Below are positions 1-10,261 of a DNA stretch of 64,000 nt, piece after piece. How positions within the stretch are numbered: position 1 is the stretch's first letter; each line of letters begins with the position of its first letter. A model generated the notes under the pieces. That model did no database searches. It saw only the letters and a list, made by a program, of their open reading frames with translations, and was not told where the DNA came from. Source of the DNA: Gammaproteobacteria bacterium (GTDB lineage: Bacteria > Pseudomonadota > Gammaproteobacteria > Magnimaribacterales > D2472); the NCBI GenBank assembly GCA_045563715.1, contig JBJLIP010000004.1, positions 233,450-297,449 of the forward strand, read 5' to 3'. A program made the translations under genes and the position numbers.

Positions 1-773
1 TTGGTGGTTCTGATATAAAAGATCTTATAGAGTGCTCAAAAAAGTCTGAACAGTATGGCTATGATGAAATAAATCTAAATGTTGGCTGTCCCTCAGATAG
101 AGTACAAAAAGGTAAATTTGGTGCCTGTCTTATGTTGGAGCCAGAATTAGTAAGAGATTGTTTGGGTAATATGAAGAGTGCCGTGCAAGTTCCAGTATCA
201 ATCAAGTGTAGATTAGGTGTAGATAATAATGAATCATATGAGTTTCTTCACAACTTTATTAGTATTGTTAAAGAATCTGGAATAAAAATTTTTATAATCC
301 ATGCAAGAAATGGCATCCTTAAGGGTCTTAGTCCGAGACAAAATAGAAATATACCTCCACTTAAATATGATTATGTTTACAAACTTAAAGAAGATTTTCC
401 GGATCTAGAAATTATAATTAATGGTGGAATTAAAAATTTAAATGAATGTCATGATCATTTATCTAGAGTTGATGGTGTGATGTTAGGAAGATCTGCATAT
501 GAGAATCCGTTTATGCTTAAAAATGTTGAATCAGAGTTATATGGATCAGAACCAATTGATATATCAAAAAAAGCTATTTTGAATCAATATCTTGAATATG
601 TTGAAAGAAAATTAGCTGAAGGTCATGATCTTGGTAGAATGATGAAACATTTGTTTGGTCTTTCTCGTGGAGATAAATATGCGAAGACTTTCAGGATTAA
701 AATCCTAGAGATTATCAAAGAAAATTCTTTAAAAGATCATAAAAAAGAGTTAGAAGATTTATTGGTCTATTAA
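1..773 (+). CDS. dusA: tRNA-dihydrouridine synthase A, 5'-truncated by the window edge
   Basis: The frame is open from nt 3 (GGSDIKDLIECSKK..INLNVGCPSDRVQKGKFGACLMLEP) and runs into the 132..773 ORF. The NxGCP motif and HARN..GLSPxxNRxIPPL are typical of DusA. Confidence 0.85.
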   Translation, partial: GGSDIKDLIECSKKSEQYGYDEINLNVGCPSDRVQKGKFGACLMLEPELVRDCLGNMKSAVQVPVSIKCRLGVDNNESYEFLHNFISIVKESGIKIFIIHARNGILKGLSPRQNRNIPPLKYDYVYKLKEDFPDLEIIINGGIKNLNECHDHLSRVDGVMLGRSAYENPFMLKNVESELYGSEPIDISKKAILNQYLEYVERKLAEGHDLGRMMKHLFGLSRGDKYAKTFRIKILEIIKENSLKDHKKELEDLLVY

Positions 774-1457
774 AAAATCTTCCATGTCATCAACAAATTC
801 ATCTTCCACATCAATGCCGTCTTTAATTTCATATTCCATCGACTGCATATACGCATCCCTAACAAATGAATATTTATCACCGGACATAAGAGATTCAACA
901 TCTAAAAGTCTTTCTCTAGTCTCTAAGGCATCAACTGACTTAAGAGCAATATTTACATCTGTATCAGTCATATGAAATGTTACAGACAAAAATGAAGATA
1001 CTGGTCGACTAGCTGTATCTCTTAATGTTGATGGTCCTAATAAAGGAATCATTATATAAGGTCCTTCAGGAACACCCCAAACAGCCAAAGTCTGTCCAAA
1101 ATCTTCCTCATGCCTTTCAAGACCCATCTTGCTTGCGACATCGAATAATCCGGCTATACCAATAGTTGAATTTATTACAAACCTAGTAAGATCATTTAGT
1201 GATTTTTTAGGTTTACCTTGTAATAGTTGATTAACAGATGTATCAATTTCTTCTAAATTATTAAAAAAATTAGTAACACCCTGTTTAACCTTTGGAGGAA
1301 ATTTAGAATAGAGTTCAGCAGTAGGTTTTAAAATTGTAGAATCTAATTTTTCGTTAAACTCATAGGTTTTTCTATTTAAATCTTCAAGAGGATCGTTTAC
1401 TTCTTCAGTATGAACATTTAACGAAGTAAATAAAAATATTAAGGTTATTATTCGCAT
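759..1457 (-). CDS. mlaA: MlaA/VacJ family outer-membrane lipoprotein
   Basis: Signal peptide; DPLExxNRxxxxFNxxLD, NSTIGIAGLFDVA and GPYxxxPLLGPSTxRD motifs of the VacJ family. Confidence 0.85.
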   Translation of the reverse strand: MRIITLIFLFTSLNVHTEEVNDPLEDLNRKTYEFNEKLDSTILKPTAELYSKFPPKVKQGVTNFFNNLEEIDTSVNQLLQGKPKKSLNDLTRFVINSTIGIAGLFDVASKMGLERHEEDFGQTLAVWGVPEGPYIMIPLLGPSTLRDTASRPVSSFLSVTFHMTDTDVNIALKSVDALETRERLLDVESLMSGDKYSFVRDAYMQSMEYEIKDGIDVEDEFVDDMEDFLIDQ

Positions 1458-2146
1458 TTTTTTATTTTATCTTCAATTTTTTTAGCTATATTATTAGATT
1501 CTACACAATCGTAATCCGGATCAAAGTTATAGATCTTTTTATGAAAACTAAAATCGCCTAACTTATAAAGTTTGTTAGTTCCAACAAAATTACTTTTCTT
1601 TTCATTTTCTGTATTAAAAATATTATTTTCAATATATCCCAATATAGTAACATCTAACTTATTTAACATAGAGATTGTCCTATTAGAGTCAGCTATGGAT
1701 AAAAAATTATTTGTATTTATTAGAATGAAGTGAGAAACATCAAATTCATTAAATATTGTTAAGTAAGCATCGCCTGTTCCGGGTGGCATATCAATTAATA
1801 AATAGTCTAATTCACCCCAGTCGGTAGAGTGTATTAATTGCTTTATAGCGCCGCTTAACAATGGCCCTCTCCATGTTGCAGCCTTATCAGCATCTAAAAT
1901 AAATCCCATTGACGATATTTTTATATTATTTTTATTTATGGGCTTAATAATTTTATTTGTAAGATCTGGTTTTTCATTAATATTAAATAATAGATGTTGG
2001 TTAGGTCCATATATATCAGCATCTAAGATACCAACTTTATTATTTTTAGATAAACTTTTAGCAATTGAAGCTGTGATTGAGCTTTTTCCAACTCCGCCTT
2101 TTGCTGAACCAAATGCAATAATTTTTTTAATGCCCATATAAATCAA
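1448..2146 (-). CDS. apbC: Mrp/NBP35-family iron-sulfur cluster carrier ATPase
   Basis: Deviant Walker A SAKGGVGKSS, DADIYGPN and DMPPGTGD motifs. The true start may be the MGIKK Met a few codons in. Confidence 0.8.
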   Translation of the reverse strand: MIYMGIKKIIAFGSAKGGVGKSSITASIAKSLSKNNKVGILDADIYGPNQHLLFNINEKPDLTNKIIKPINKNNIKISSMGFILDADKAATWRGPLLSGAIKQLIHSTDWGELDYLLIDMPPGTGDAYLTIFNEFDVSHFILINTNNFLSIADSNRTISMLNKLDVTILGYIENNIFNTENEKKSNFVGTNKLYKLGDFSFHKKIYNFDPDYDCVESNNIAKKIEDKIKKCE

Positions 2147-2174
2147 TATTTTTCACATATAATACAAGTATTAC

Positions 2175-4130
2175 ATGGACATACCTACTAAAAATATTAG
2201 AAAAATTATTGTCACCCAGGCATTGCCTTATGCAAATACACCTTTGCATCTAGGACATATATTAGAAGCAGTTCAAACAGATATATGGACAAGATTTCAA
2301 AATTTAAATGGCAATGAGTGCATGTTTTTTTGTGCTGATGATACTCATGGAACTCCTGTCATGTTAAAGGCTAAGGAAATGGGTATAACACCAGAAACAC
2401 TAATATCTGAGATGTACGAAGACCACAAGCAAACATATGAGCTATATGGTATAAATTTTACAAATTTTTATACTACACATAGTGATGAAAATAAAAAACA
2501 CTCAGAAGAGATTTATTTAAAAGCAAAAAAAAATAAACTCATATCTAAAGAAATCGTAGAACAACTTTTTGATAAAAATGAAAAAATGTTTTTATCAGAT
2601 AGATTTGTTAAAGGCAGCTGTCCAAAATGTAATGCGCCGGATCAACATGGAGATAATTGTGAAAAATGTGGTGCTAGTTATGATGTCTTAGAAATTAAAG
2701 ATCCAATTTCAACAATAACTGGGACAACGCCAATAAAAAAAGAAAGTGAACATATCTTTTTTGATCTACCAAAGAAAATTGATACATTAAATCAATTTCT
2801 TGCAAATGCTAATCTACAGAAACCAATAAAGAATAAACTCAAAGAATGGCTTGGTGATGATCTTAAGAAATGGGATATTTCAAGAGATGCACCCTATTTT
2901 GGTTTTAAAATTCCTGGAGAAGATAATAAATATTTTTATGTATGGGTAGATGCGCCCATTGGATATATTGCCTCAATGGATAATTGGTTTAAGGCTAATA
3001 AACTTAATATTAATGACGTTTGGTCAGAAAAATCTGAGTATGAAATTTATCACTTCATTGGTAAAGATATAGCTTATTTTCATGGTTTATTTTGGCCCGC
3101 TCTTTTAAGTTCAGCAAATTTAAAGCTCCCAGATGGGATATTTGTACATGGATTTTTAACTATAAATGGTGAAAAAATGTCTAAGTCAAAAGGAACGGGG
3201 ATATTAGCTAAAAATTTTGCCGAAGTATGTGATCCAGAAACACTAAGATACTATCTAGCAGCTAAATTAAATGACAAGGTAGAAGATTTAGATTTAAACT
3301 TCGACGACTATGTTCAACGAATTAATTCTGACTTGGTTGGAAAATATCTAAATATTGCTTCAAGATCTGCTTCTTTCTTGAAGAAAAATAACAATAAGCC
3401 ATCTGAAAATATAGATCAAAAGCTAATCAAATCCCTAACAGCTGAGAAAGATATTATTATTAAATTATATGAGGAAAGAAAATATTCCAAATTAATTAGA
3501 TTAATTATGGAGTTGGCTGATAATGTTAATAAGTATATAAATGACCAAACTCCATGGAAGAAAGATATTGATGAAGCGATTGATATTTGTTCGACAGCTT
3601 TAAATGCCTTTAAAATTCTTACAATCTATTTAAGTCCTATAATTCCAAAAATAACAAAAGATGCATGTGAGTTTTTAAATTCAGAAAATTGTTTATTTAA
3701 TGATATTGATAAACATTTATCTGAGCCAATAAATGACTATAAGCCGTTGCTAAAGAGGCTTGAACCATTAATAATTCCTGAGGAAGATAATATGGAAAAT
3801 GAAAATATAATTGATATAAATCAATTCTCTAGTATTGATCTTAGAGTAGCTAAAATAATTAAAGCAGAAGATGTTAAAAACGCAGATAAATTATTACAAC
3901 TCACATTAGATGTGGGAGATTTAGGAACTCGTAATGTTTTTGCTGGCATAAAAAGCTCATATGAGCCGGCAGACTTGGATAACAGATTAGTAGTTCTAGT
4001 GAATAATCTTGCACCAAGAAAAATGAAATTTGGAGTTTCAGAAGGAATGGTCCTTGCTTCAAGTAATGATGACGGTATTTATTTAATATCTCCAGACAAA
4101 GGTGCCAAACCAGGGATGAAAGTAAAATAA
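2175..4130 (+). CDS. metG: methionine--tRNA ligase
   Basis: HLGH (HIGH) and KMSKS motifs, a CxxC..CxxC zinc knuckle, and a C-terminal Trbp111/EMAP-like tRNA-binding domain (DLRVAKI..). Confidence 0.95.
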   Translation: MDIPTKNIRKIIVTQALPYANTPLHLGHILEAVQTDIWTRFQNLNGNECMFFCADDTHGTPVMLKAKEMGITPETLISEMYEDHKQTYELYGINFTNFYTTHSDENKKHSEEIYLKAKKNKLISKEIVEQLFDKNEKMFLSDRFVKGSCPKCNAPDQHGDNCEKCGASYDVLEIKDPISTITGTTPIKKESEHIFFDLPKKIDTLNQFLANANLQKPIKNKLKEWLGDDLKKWDISRDAPYFGFKIPGEDNKYFYVWVDAPIGYIASMDNWFKANKLNINDVWSEKSEYEIYHFIGKDIAYFHGLFWPALLSSANLKLPDGIFVHGFLTINGEKMSKSKGTGILAKNFAEVCDPETLRYYLAAKLNDKVEDLDLNFDDYVQRINSDLVGKYLNIASRSASFLKKNNNKPSENIDQKLIKSLTAEKDIIIKLYEERKYSKLIRLIMELADNVNKYINDQTPWKKDIDEAIDICSTALNAFKILTIYLSPIIPKITKDACEFLNSENCLFNDIDKHLSEPINDYKPLLKRLEPLIIPEEDNMENENIIDINQFSSIDLRVAKIIKAEDVKNADKLLQLTLDVGDLGTRNVFAGIKSSYEPADLDNRLVVLVNNLAPRKMKFGVSEGMVLASSNDDGIYLISPDKGAKPGMKVK

Positions 4131-5167
4131 TGGAAACTAGAGATATAGTAGTTATAGGTGCAGGACCTGTTGGTTTATTTACAGTTTTTGAAGCAGGTCT
4201 ATTAGGATTAAATTGTGTACTAATAGATAATCTTGACAAACCAGGTGGACAATGTGCAGAACTCTATCCAGAAAAACCGATCTATGATATTCCTGGAGTT
4301 CCATTTCAAACAGCTCAAGAGCATGTTGATGCATTAATTAAACAAATAGAACCGTTTTCTTATGAGTTATTTTTAAATCAACGTGTTGATTCATTAAAAG
4401 AAATTATTGATGAAGATGAAAAATATTGGGAAGTTGTAACAAGCGAAGGTAACAAATTCATATCTAAAAATATTTTTATCGCGGCAGGTGCTGGATCTTT
4501 TGAGCCTCGAAGACCACCCAATATTGAGGATCCAGATAAGTTTATAAATAAGGGTGTTTCATATGCTGTTAGATCAAAAGACCTATACGCAGATAAAAAT
4601 ATATTTATTTTTGGTGGTGGTGATTCTGCATTAGATTGGACGGTAGAATTATCAAAAATAGCTAAATCAATTTCTCTTGTTCATAGAAGGGATGCATTTA
4701 GAGGTGCACAACATACAGAAGAAATGATGAGGGACTTGGTTAAAGATGGAAAAGTAAATTTACTTACACCATATCTTATTGATTCAATTATCGGAGAAGA
4801 TCGAGTAACCAATGTAACGCTTAAAAATTTTGAATCAAATGAAATTGAAAAACATAATGCTGATGAGTTAATTTTCTTATTCGGCTTAAATAAAAAACTA
4901 GGCCCTATACTAGAATGGGAATTAGGATTAAATGGAAAAAAAATCTCAGTAAATACTGAAAATTACCAAACAGATAAAGAAGGTATCTTTGCGGTTGGTG
5001 ATATTAATAATTATCCAGGGAAATTAGACTTAATATTATCAGGTTTTCATGAAACTACATTAGCGGTTCAGGAAGCTTATAGGAGAATTAATCCTGGTGA
5101 AAGAGTGCCATTTGGGTACACAACTTCAAATTCTAAACTACAAGAAAAGCTTGGTGTTAAAAAATAG
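4130..5167 (+). CDS. ferredoxin--NADP(+) reductase, thioredoxin-reductase-like type
   Basis: GAGPVGL FAD motif, GGGDSALDW NADP motif, GDI..YPGKL. The start overlaps the metG stop (TAATG). Confidence 0.8.
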   Translation: METRDIVVIGAGPVGLFTVFEAGLLGLNCVLIDNLDKPGGQCAELYPEKPIYDIPGVPFQTAQEHVDALIKQIEPFSYELFLNQRVDSLKEIIDEDEKYWEVVTSEGNKFISKNIFIAAGAGSFEPRRPPNIEDPDKFINKGVSYAVRSKDLYADKNIFIFGGGDSALDWTVELSKIAKSISLVHRRDAFRGAQHTEEMMRDLVKDGKVNLLTPYLIDSIIGEDRVTNVTLKNFESNEIEKHNADELIFLFGLNKKLGPILEWELGLNGKKISVNTENYQTDKEGIFAVGDINNYPGKLDLILSGFHETTLAVQEAYRRINPGERVPFGYTTSNSKLQEKLGVKK

Positions 5168-5738
5168 ATTTAGAAAATATTTACCGGTTGTTGTTGATAT
5201 AGAAACCGGTGGATTTGATCCAGATACTAATGCAATTCTGGAAATAGCTATTACGTTAATAGAAGAGGAAAATAATAAACTAATAGTAGGTGAAACATAC
5301 AGACATCATATAAATCCTTTTAAAGGCTCTATTGTAGAAGAAGAATCATTAGAATTTACAAAAATAAAACTAGATCATCCTTTGAGAAATGCAATAGACG
5401 AAAAGGATGCCTTGAATGATCTTTTCAAAGTAATCAATAAAAGTAAAAATAAATATGAATGTTCAAGGGCTATATTAGTTGGTCATAATGCTCATTTTGA
5501 TAGTTCATTTCTTGCTGCGGCCTATAAAAGAAATAATATTAAAAAGACTCCATTTCATAAATTCTCACTAATTGATACAGTTTCTCTAGGCGTATTAGCT
5601 ACTGGACAGACTGTCCTTGCAAGAATATGTGATGCTCTAAATATTGACTATGATAATGATGAAGCTCATTCAGCAGCTTACGATACAATAGTAACAGCTA
5701 AAGTATTTTGTTCAATTGTGAATAAGTTTGATATCTAA
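5097..5738 (+). CDS. rnt: ribonuclease T (DEDDh exonuclease)
   Basis: RFRKYLPVVVDIETGGF, HNAHFD and HSAxYD motifs. Homology starts near LKNRFR, so the true start is probably the TTG or GTG at 5148 or 5151, not the ATG at 5097. Confidence 0.85.
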   Translation: MKECHLGTQLQILNYKKSLVLKNRFRKYLPVVVDIETGGFDPDTNAILEIAITLIEEENNKLIVGETYRHHINPFKGSIVEEESLEFTKIKLDHPLRNAIDEKDALNDLFKVINKSKNKYECSRAILVGHNAHFDSSFLAAAYKRNNIKKTPFHKFSLIDTVSLGVLATGQTVLARICDALNIDYDNDEAHSAAYDTIVTAKVFCSIVNKFDI

Positions 5739-6049
5739 GTTTTAACTGAATTAATAAGTGTCTTAAGTTCTCCACTTTCATGCATTTGAGCAATAATATC
5801 AGCTCCGCCTACTAGCTCACCATTAATAAATACTTGGGGAAACGTTGGCCAATCAGATACATTTGGTAAGGCAGTTCTTACATCGTTATTTTCAATTACA
5901 TCGACATAACTAAACTGAGAATCGCATTCTATCAATATTTGAACAGTTCTAGCTGAGAATCCACATTGAGGCTCATATGGTGTCCCTTTCATGTATATCA
6001 AGATATTATTTTCTTTAATTTGTTCTCTTAATTTTTCTTCTATATTCAT
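5735..6049 (-). CDS. grxD: Grx4-family monothiol glutaredoxin
   Basis: CGFS active site, WPTFPQ.FI.GE.VGG; 104 aa. Confidence 0.9.
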   Translation of the reverse strand: MNIEEKLREQIKENNILIYMKGTPYEPQCGFSARTVQILIECDSQFSYVDVIENNDVRTALPNVSDWPTFPQVFINGELVGGADIIAQMHESGELKTLINSVKT

Positions 6050-6050
6050 T

Positions 6051-6795
6051 TTATTTCCTAATAATTTTTAAATATTTTGATATTGTTTCTTCAAAACCAT
6101 AAAGTAATGAATCTATTATAATCGCATGTCCTATGGATACTTCATTAATATTACCCATTTCAACTAAATAATGTAAATTTTTTAAATTAAGATCATGGCC
6201 AGCATTAATTTTTAAATTCATATTTATTGCAGAATCAACAATGCTTTGAATTTCATTCAATATAGTTGTATCGTTATTTTGTATAGCTTTAGAAAATTTA
6301 CCTGTGTGTATTTCAATATGGTCAGCACCCATATCGTGGGCATACTCAACACCATTTAAATTATCAATAAATAAACTAATATTTGGATTAGTAGCCATTA
6401 GCTTTAAGAGTCATAATGGCAGTTTTCAGGTCATTATCATGCGAACCAGTATACCAGCCATGATCAGATGTTATTTGCTCAATTGCATCTGGAACAAGGG
6501 TTATTTGATCTGGGTCAATCATTTCAACCAACTCACAAAATCCTAAAAATTCATTATTTGGCTTTGAAAATGGATTGCCTTCTATATTAAATTCAACACC
6601 TCTGTTTTTTGATAATTTTGCAATCTCAATTACATCATTGCTTGTAGCATGACGGTGATCAGGCCTTGGGTGAAGTGTTAAACCATCAACTCCCAAATCT
6701 ATGGCTTTATTAGCAAAGTACATCAGATCAGGATAATTTTCACCTCTAGCATTCCTAAGTAGTGCTACTTTGTTAAGATTTATACTTAGTTTCAT
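6051..6795 (-). pseudogene. pdxJ: pyridoxine 5'-phosphate synthase interrupted by a single frameshift (ORFs 6388..6795 and 6051..6398)
   Basis: The N-terminal ORF carries LNKVALLRNARG..HPRPDHRH. The C-terminal ORF carries IEIHTG..NAGHDL..SIGHAII. Together they total about 250 aa, a full PdxJ. The frames switch between LKANG and ISLFID around 6385-6400. Confidence 0.8.
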
Positions 6796-6809
6796 AAATC
6801 AATTATATA

Positions 6810-7571
6810 TTATCTATATAAGTCATCATTTTCATTAACAATTAAATCAAATGCATTATTAGTTTGATAAGAGCTTCTGTTAAAGCCTTTTATAATTACC
6901 ACAGGAATACCTTCATCGCTTTGCCCCATTAAAAGCCCAGCTGCCGAAGCCAGTTCATCTGCTGCAGCAATTTCTGTGCCTTTTAGCTTATTGCCAAACA
7001 TATCCTCCTCACCTTTTAAATCGATTAAACTTTGAATATTATGGCTAGCTAAAGCAAAATTGGTTACACCAGATCTAAATGGTCTAGTCATAGAATCTGA
7101 AATTATTATTGATATATTTTTATTTAAAAATTTTGTTAGTTCTTGATGTAGATCGACTGCACTTTTTGTAGGGTTTTCTGGAAGCAATAAAGCCAGATTC
7201 TTGTCCTGAGGTATGTTTGATTGATCAATACCTGCATTTATATTTATAAATCCTAATTTGTGCTCAACTATTACAACTTTCTTTTCAGTTGATATGATTT
7301 TATTAGATTCATTTATGATTGTTTGAATTAGACCCTTATCTTTATTTAACTTTGAGGCCAAATCTATAGCTTCTTCTGAGATTTTTACTTTATCTAAGTC
7401 AACATATCTATTTTCAGATTTAGATATTATCTTCTGAGCAACAACAATAACGTCATTGTCATCAATGCATATATTATTTACAGAGATAGAATTATTAATA
7501 ATATTAGCTAAGTCGTCATTGGGCTTAATGAGAGGAAAATTCTTAAGAGCTATTAGTTTAATTGCATTCAT
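6810..7571 (-). CDS. CofE-like protein (F420-0:gamma-glutamyl ligase family fold)
   Basis: VVAQKIISKSE, GFININAGIDQSN, IISDSxxRPFR, AADELASAAGLLMGQSDEGIPVVIIKG; family motifs are present along the whole length. Confidence 0.8.
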   Translation of the reverse strand: MNAIKLIALKNFPLIKPNDDLANIINNSISVNNICIDDNDVIVVAQKIISKSENRYVDLDKVKISEEAIDLASKLNKDKGLIQTIINESNKIISTEKKVVIVEHKLGFININAGIDQSNIPQDKNLALLLPENPTKSAVDLHQELTKFLNKNISIIISDSMTRPFRSGVTNFALASHNIQSLIDLKGEEDMFGNKLKGTEIAAADELASAAGLLMGQSDEGIPVVIIKGFNRSSYQTNNAFDLIVNENDDLYR

Positions 7572-7643
7572 TTTTAAGCAGATTTAAAGCATTAAGATAA
7601 CATATATAAACAAAAATTCATTCATCATGTATACTTTCGAGCT

Positions 7644-7814
7644 ATGGTAGCAATAGACAAAAAATTACTTGAGATATTGGTATGTCCTGTTTCTAAAGAG
7701 GCTCTTATGCACAATGAAGAAACAAATGAATTGGTTTGTGAAAAATCGGGTTTAGCGTATCCAATTAAAGATGGTATTCCGGTAATGTTACCTGAAGAAG
7801 CTAGAAAAATTTAA
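7644..7814 (+). CDS. Trm112/YcaR (UPF0434) family small protein, 56 aa (below the ORF-track size cut-off)
   Basis: My translation is [56 protein letters not shown]. LLxILVCPxxK...YPIxDGIPVMLxxEAR is the family signature. Confidence 0.8.
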   Translation: MVAIDKKLLEILVCPVSKEALMHNEETNELVCEKSGLAYPIKDGIPVMLPEEARKI

Positions 7815-7819
7815 TAATC

Positions 7820-7897
7820 GCGCCCGTAGCTCAGTTGGATTAGAGTGCTTGGCTACGAACCAAGAGGTCGGGAGTTCGAATCTCTCCGGGCGCGCCA
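7820..7897 (+). tRNA. tRNA-Arg (anticodon ACG)
   Basis: Cloverleaf read by eye: acceptor GCGCCCG/CGGGCGC, anticodon stem CTTGG/CCAAG with loop CTACGAA, T-loop GGTTCGAAT-like, encoded CCA. Confidence 0.9.
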
Positions 7898-7919
7898 TTA
7901 AAAATAATAGGACTAATAT

Positions 7920-8465
7920 ATGAATATGCCAAAAGGGGATGATTTTAAAAATATGCCAAGATGGATGATTAACCTAAATAAGCTAATTAATTTCTCTAAA
8001 AATATACCTAATATCTACATCTATTTATATTTTGCTTCTTTTTTCATAGTTAGCTTAACTGGAATATTTTTAGATAATTTAATTTTACTAATAATAGGAA
8101 TGATAATATTGTTACCAGTTCTTATCTTTGGATTACTGTTTTTAACATTTTCTTTTATATTAACGCTTAACGAAATGTCTACTTCACAGATATTAAGCCA
8201 TATCTTTCGTTACATAATCATGGGTGTATTATTTTTATTTCTTGGTTTACAGGCATGGGACGCAATGGGTGCATTATATGATCCATTGCTATTGATGCAG
8301 ATGCATCTTATTGGGAGTAATATTTTATATAATATTGGATCAATGATATGGGGCACTCTTCCTGAGGACTTTACTTTAAAATTTGCAACGGGGTTTTTTG
8401 CTCTATATATCCCTATTATGGTTTTAAATTCATTTATGAAATACCTTATTGGTAAAGCTAAGTAA
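7920..8465 (+). CDS. hypothetical polytopic membrane protein
   Basis: 181-aa ORF with 4-5 long hydrophobic segments and no recognisable motif. Confidence 0.5.
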   Translation: MNMPKGDDFKNMPRWMINLNKLINFSKNIPNIYIYLYFASFFIVSLTGIFLDNLILLIIGMIILLPVLIFGLLFLTFSFILTLNEMSTSQILSHIFRYIIMGVLFLFLGLQAWDAMGALYDPLLLMQMHLIGSNILYNIGSMIWGTLPEDFTLKFATGFFALYIPIMVLNSFMKYLIGKAK

Positions 8466-8493
8466 GGTATTTCAAAAACTTAAATTTATTGGC

Positions 8494-8901
8494 TTAATTA
8501 ATAGACCAAGTTCTCTCTATGGTAACAAGTTCCCTTCTATCACATGATGTAACTTCAGCCCATCTAGCAAAAACTTCATTTCCGGCCCCAGCAGTAAAGA
8601 AATCATCAAAACCTTTGCCCATAACCTCAAAGCTAGGCCAAGCCGTCATCAACTCAAAAGCTTTCGGGTTCATTTTTCCCATAAAGGTCGTGGTTAGATA
8701 TTGAGTTCCTTTCATACCATTTTCTTCAGAGAATTTTTTAACCCCCATTGAAACGTCTCTCACATCTTCCATTGTAAAACCATCGTTAACTTCACAATAC
8801 CAGATTTCAGCTGGAAAGGTTTTAGAACCTGTATTTTGTGAAAAAGTGTTTAAAGAAAAGATTAAAATCAATGTTGTAGTTGTAACTTTAAATATCTTCA
8901 T
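8494..8901 (-). CDS. hypothetical secreted protein
   Basis: 135-aa ORF with an N-terminal signal peptide (MKIFKVTTTTLILIFSLNTFSQ). Family not recognised. Confidence 0.5.
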   Translation of the reverse strand: MKIFKVTTTTLILIFSLNTFSQNTGSKTFPAEIWYCEVNDGFTMEDVRDVSMGVKKFSEENGMKGTQYLTTTFMGKMNPKAFELMTAWPSFEVMGKGFDDFFTAGAGNEVFARWAEVTSCDRRELVTIERTWSIN

Positions 8902-8940
8902 TTGTTTCTCCTATTAATTAGTTAATTTTGCCATATTTAT

Positions 8941-9906
8941 TTATTTAACAACCATTAAATCTTTAGCGATTATTGCTTGGCCACTAAAATTTACTCCAAT
9001 ATCATTAAGAATTGATTCTTCGGATGCGCCCCAAAATAATATATGTGACATGACTAATTTTTTTGGTTGAAGCTCATCTGCAATTATTCCAAGATCTATT
9101 GATGATGTGTGATGTGCTTGGTGATATATCTGCCAATCTTTGGTTTTGTTTACAAATGTTTCGCTAGAAAAAACCTCGTGAACAAGAATATCTAAGTCGT
9201 TACCATATTTTTTTAAATTTGCACTGACAGCTGTGTCACCAGAGAATAATATTCTTTTATCATCAGTTATAAATAAAAAACCAAATGAATTTTTAAAATC
9301 ACCATGATTATTCTTAAATGCAATAACTTCAACATTTTTGTCTTTATAAATACTGCCATCGTCAACTATTTCGGTTACATTCGTTTTAAAACCAAGCTCA
9401 TTAGCAGGTTGCGAGCCATAAAGTCTGTAATTAATATCATCTATGTAAGCTTCTGTAATATTTTTTGACATTGCTCCTAGGCCAGAGGGTCCATACAGTT
9501 TAAGAGGTGCATCTCTTCCCATAATCCAAGGAGTAAGAATTAAATCTGCCAATGCCCCGCTGTGATCAGAATGAATATGGGTTAAAAAAGCTGTGTTTAT
9601 ATTTTGTAATTCCATTGATGGGAAGTCACCTCCCCATGTGGGCGACATTGCTGAAATCCTCCTCACGATACCAGGACCAAAGTCAACAATATATGCGGAT
9701 TCGTTAACAACAACAGCATATCCAGATCCATATCTTTCTGGATCAGGGTTTGGGGTTCCTGAACCAAGAATAATTAGCTTAGTTTCAGAAATAGATGCAG
9801 AAGAAAATACTAATATTAATAAAGATTTTGTAAATAACTTAAACAGATTTAAGTCGTTGTTCAGGAATTTTATTCTTAACATTTGTAATATTATTTTCTT
9901 TATCAA
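8941..9906 (-). CDS. MBL-fold metallo-hydrolase, secreted
   Basis: HIHSDHSG (HxHxDH) motif and a signal-like hydrophobic N-terminus. The annotated 5' end overlaps panD by 68 nt, so the true start is probably downstream. Confidence 0.7.
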   Translation of the reverse strand: MIKKIILQMLRIKFLNNDLNLFKLFTKSLLILVFSSASISETKLIILGSGTPNPDPERYGSGYAVVVNESAYIVDFGPGIVRRISAMSPTWGGDFPSMELQNINTAFLTHIHSDHSGALADLILTPWIMGRDAPLKLYGPSGLGAMSKNITEAYIDDINYRLYGSQPANELGFKTNVTEIVDDGSIYKDKNVEVIAFKNNHGDFKNSFGFLFITDDKRILFSGDTAVSANLKKYGNDLDILVHEVFSSETFVNKTKDWQIYHQAHHTSSIDLGIIADELQPKKLVMSHILFWGASEESILNDIGVNFSGQAIIAKDLMVVK

Positions 9907-10234
9907 AATAAACTAAAGTTGGCTTATGTAATTTAGACTCAGATTCATCATATGAACCATAGGCGCAGATTATTACAACATCATCAACAGATGCTTTATG
10001 TGCCGCTGCCCCATTGACTGACAATGTTTTTGATCCAGATTCTGCAAGAATTAGATAGGTTGAAAACCTTTCTCCGTTAGTAACATTGTAAACATCAATT
10101 TTTTCATACTCCTGCATACCTGCGGTTTCTAAAAAATCTTTATCCACAGCACAAGATCCCTCATAATCTAACTCAACTTGAGTCACATTTATGCGATGTA
10201 ATTTAGATTTCAATAAAGTTTTTTTCATAAGCAC
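9839..10234 (-). CDS. panD: aspartate 1-decarboxylase
   Basis: KSKLHR..VT...L.YEGSCAVD self-processing site and the typical size. Confidence 0.9.
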   Translation of the reverse strand: MLMKKTLLKSKLHRINVTQVELDYEGSCAVDKDFLETAGMQEYEKIDVYNVTNGERFSTYLILAESGSKTLSVNGAAAHKASVDDVVIICAYGSYDESESKLHKPTLVYFDKENNITNVKNKIPEQRLKSV

Positions 10235-10261
10235 GAAAGTATAGATAAATATTTACAATTA

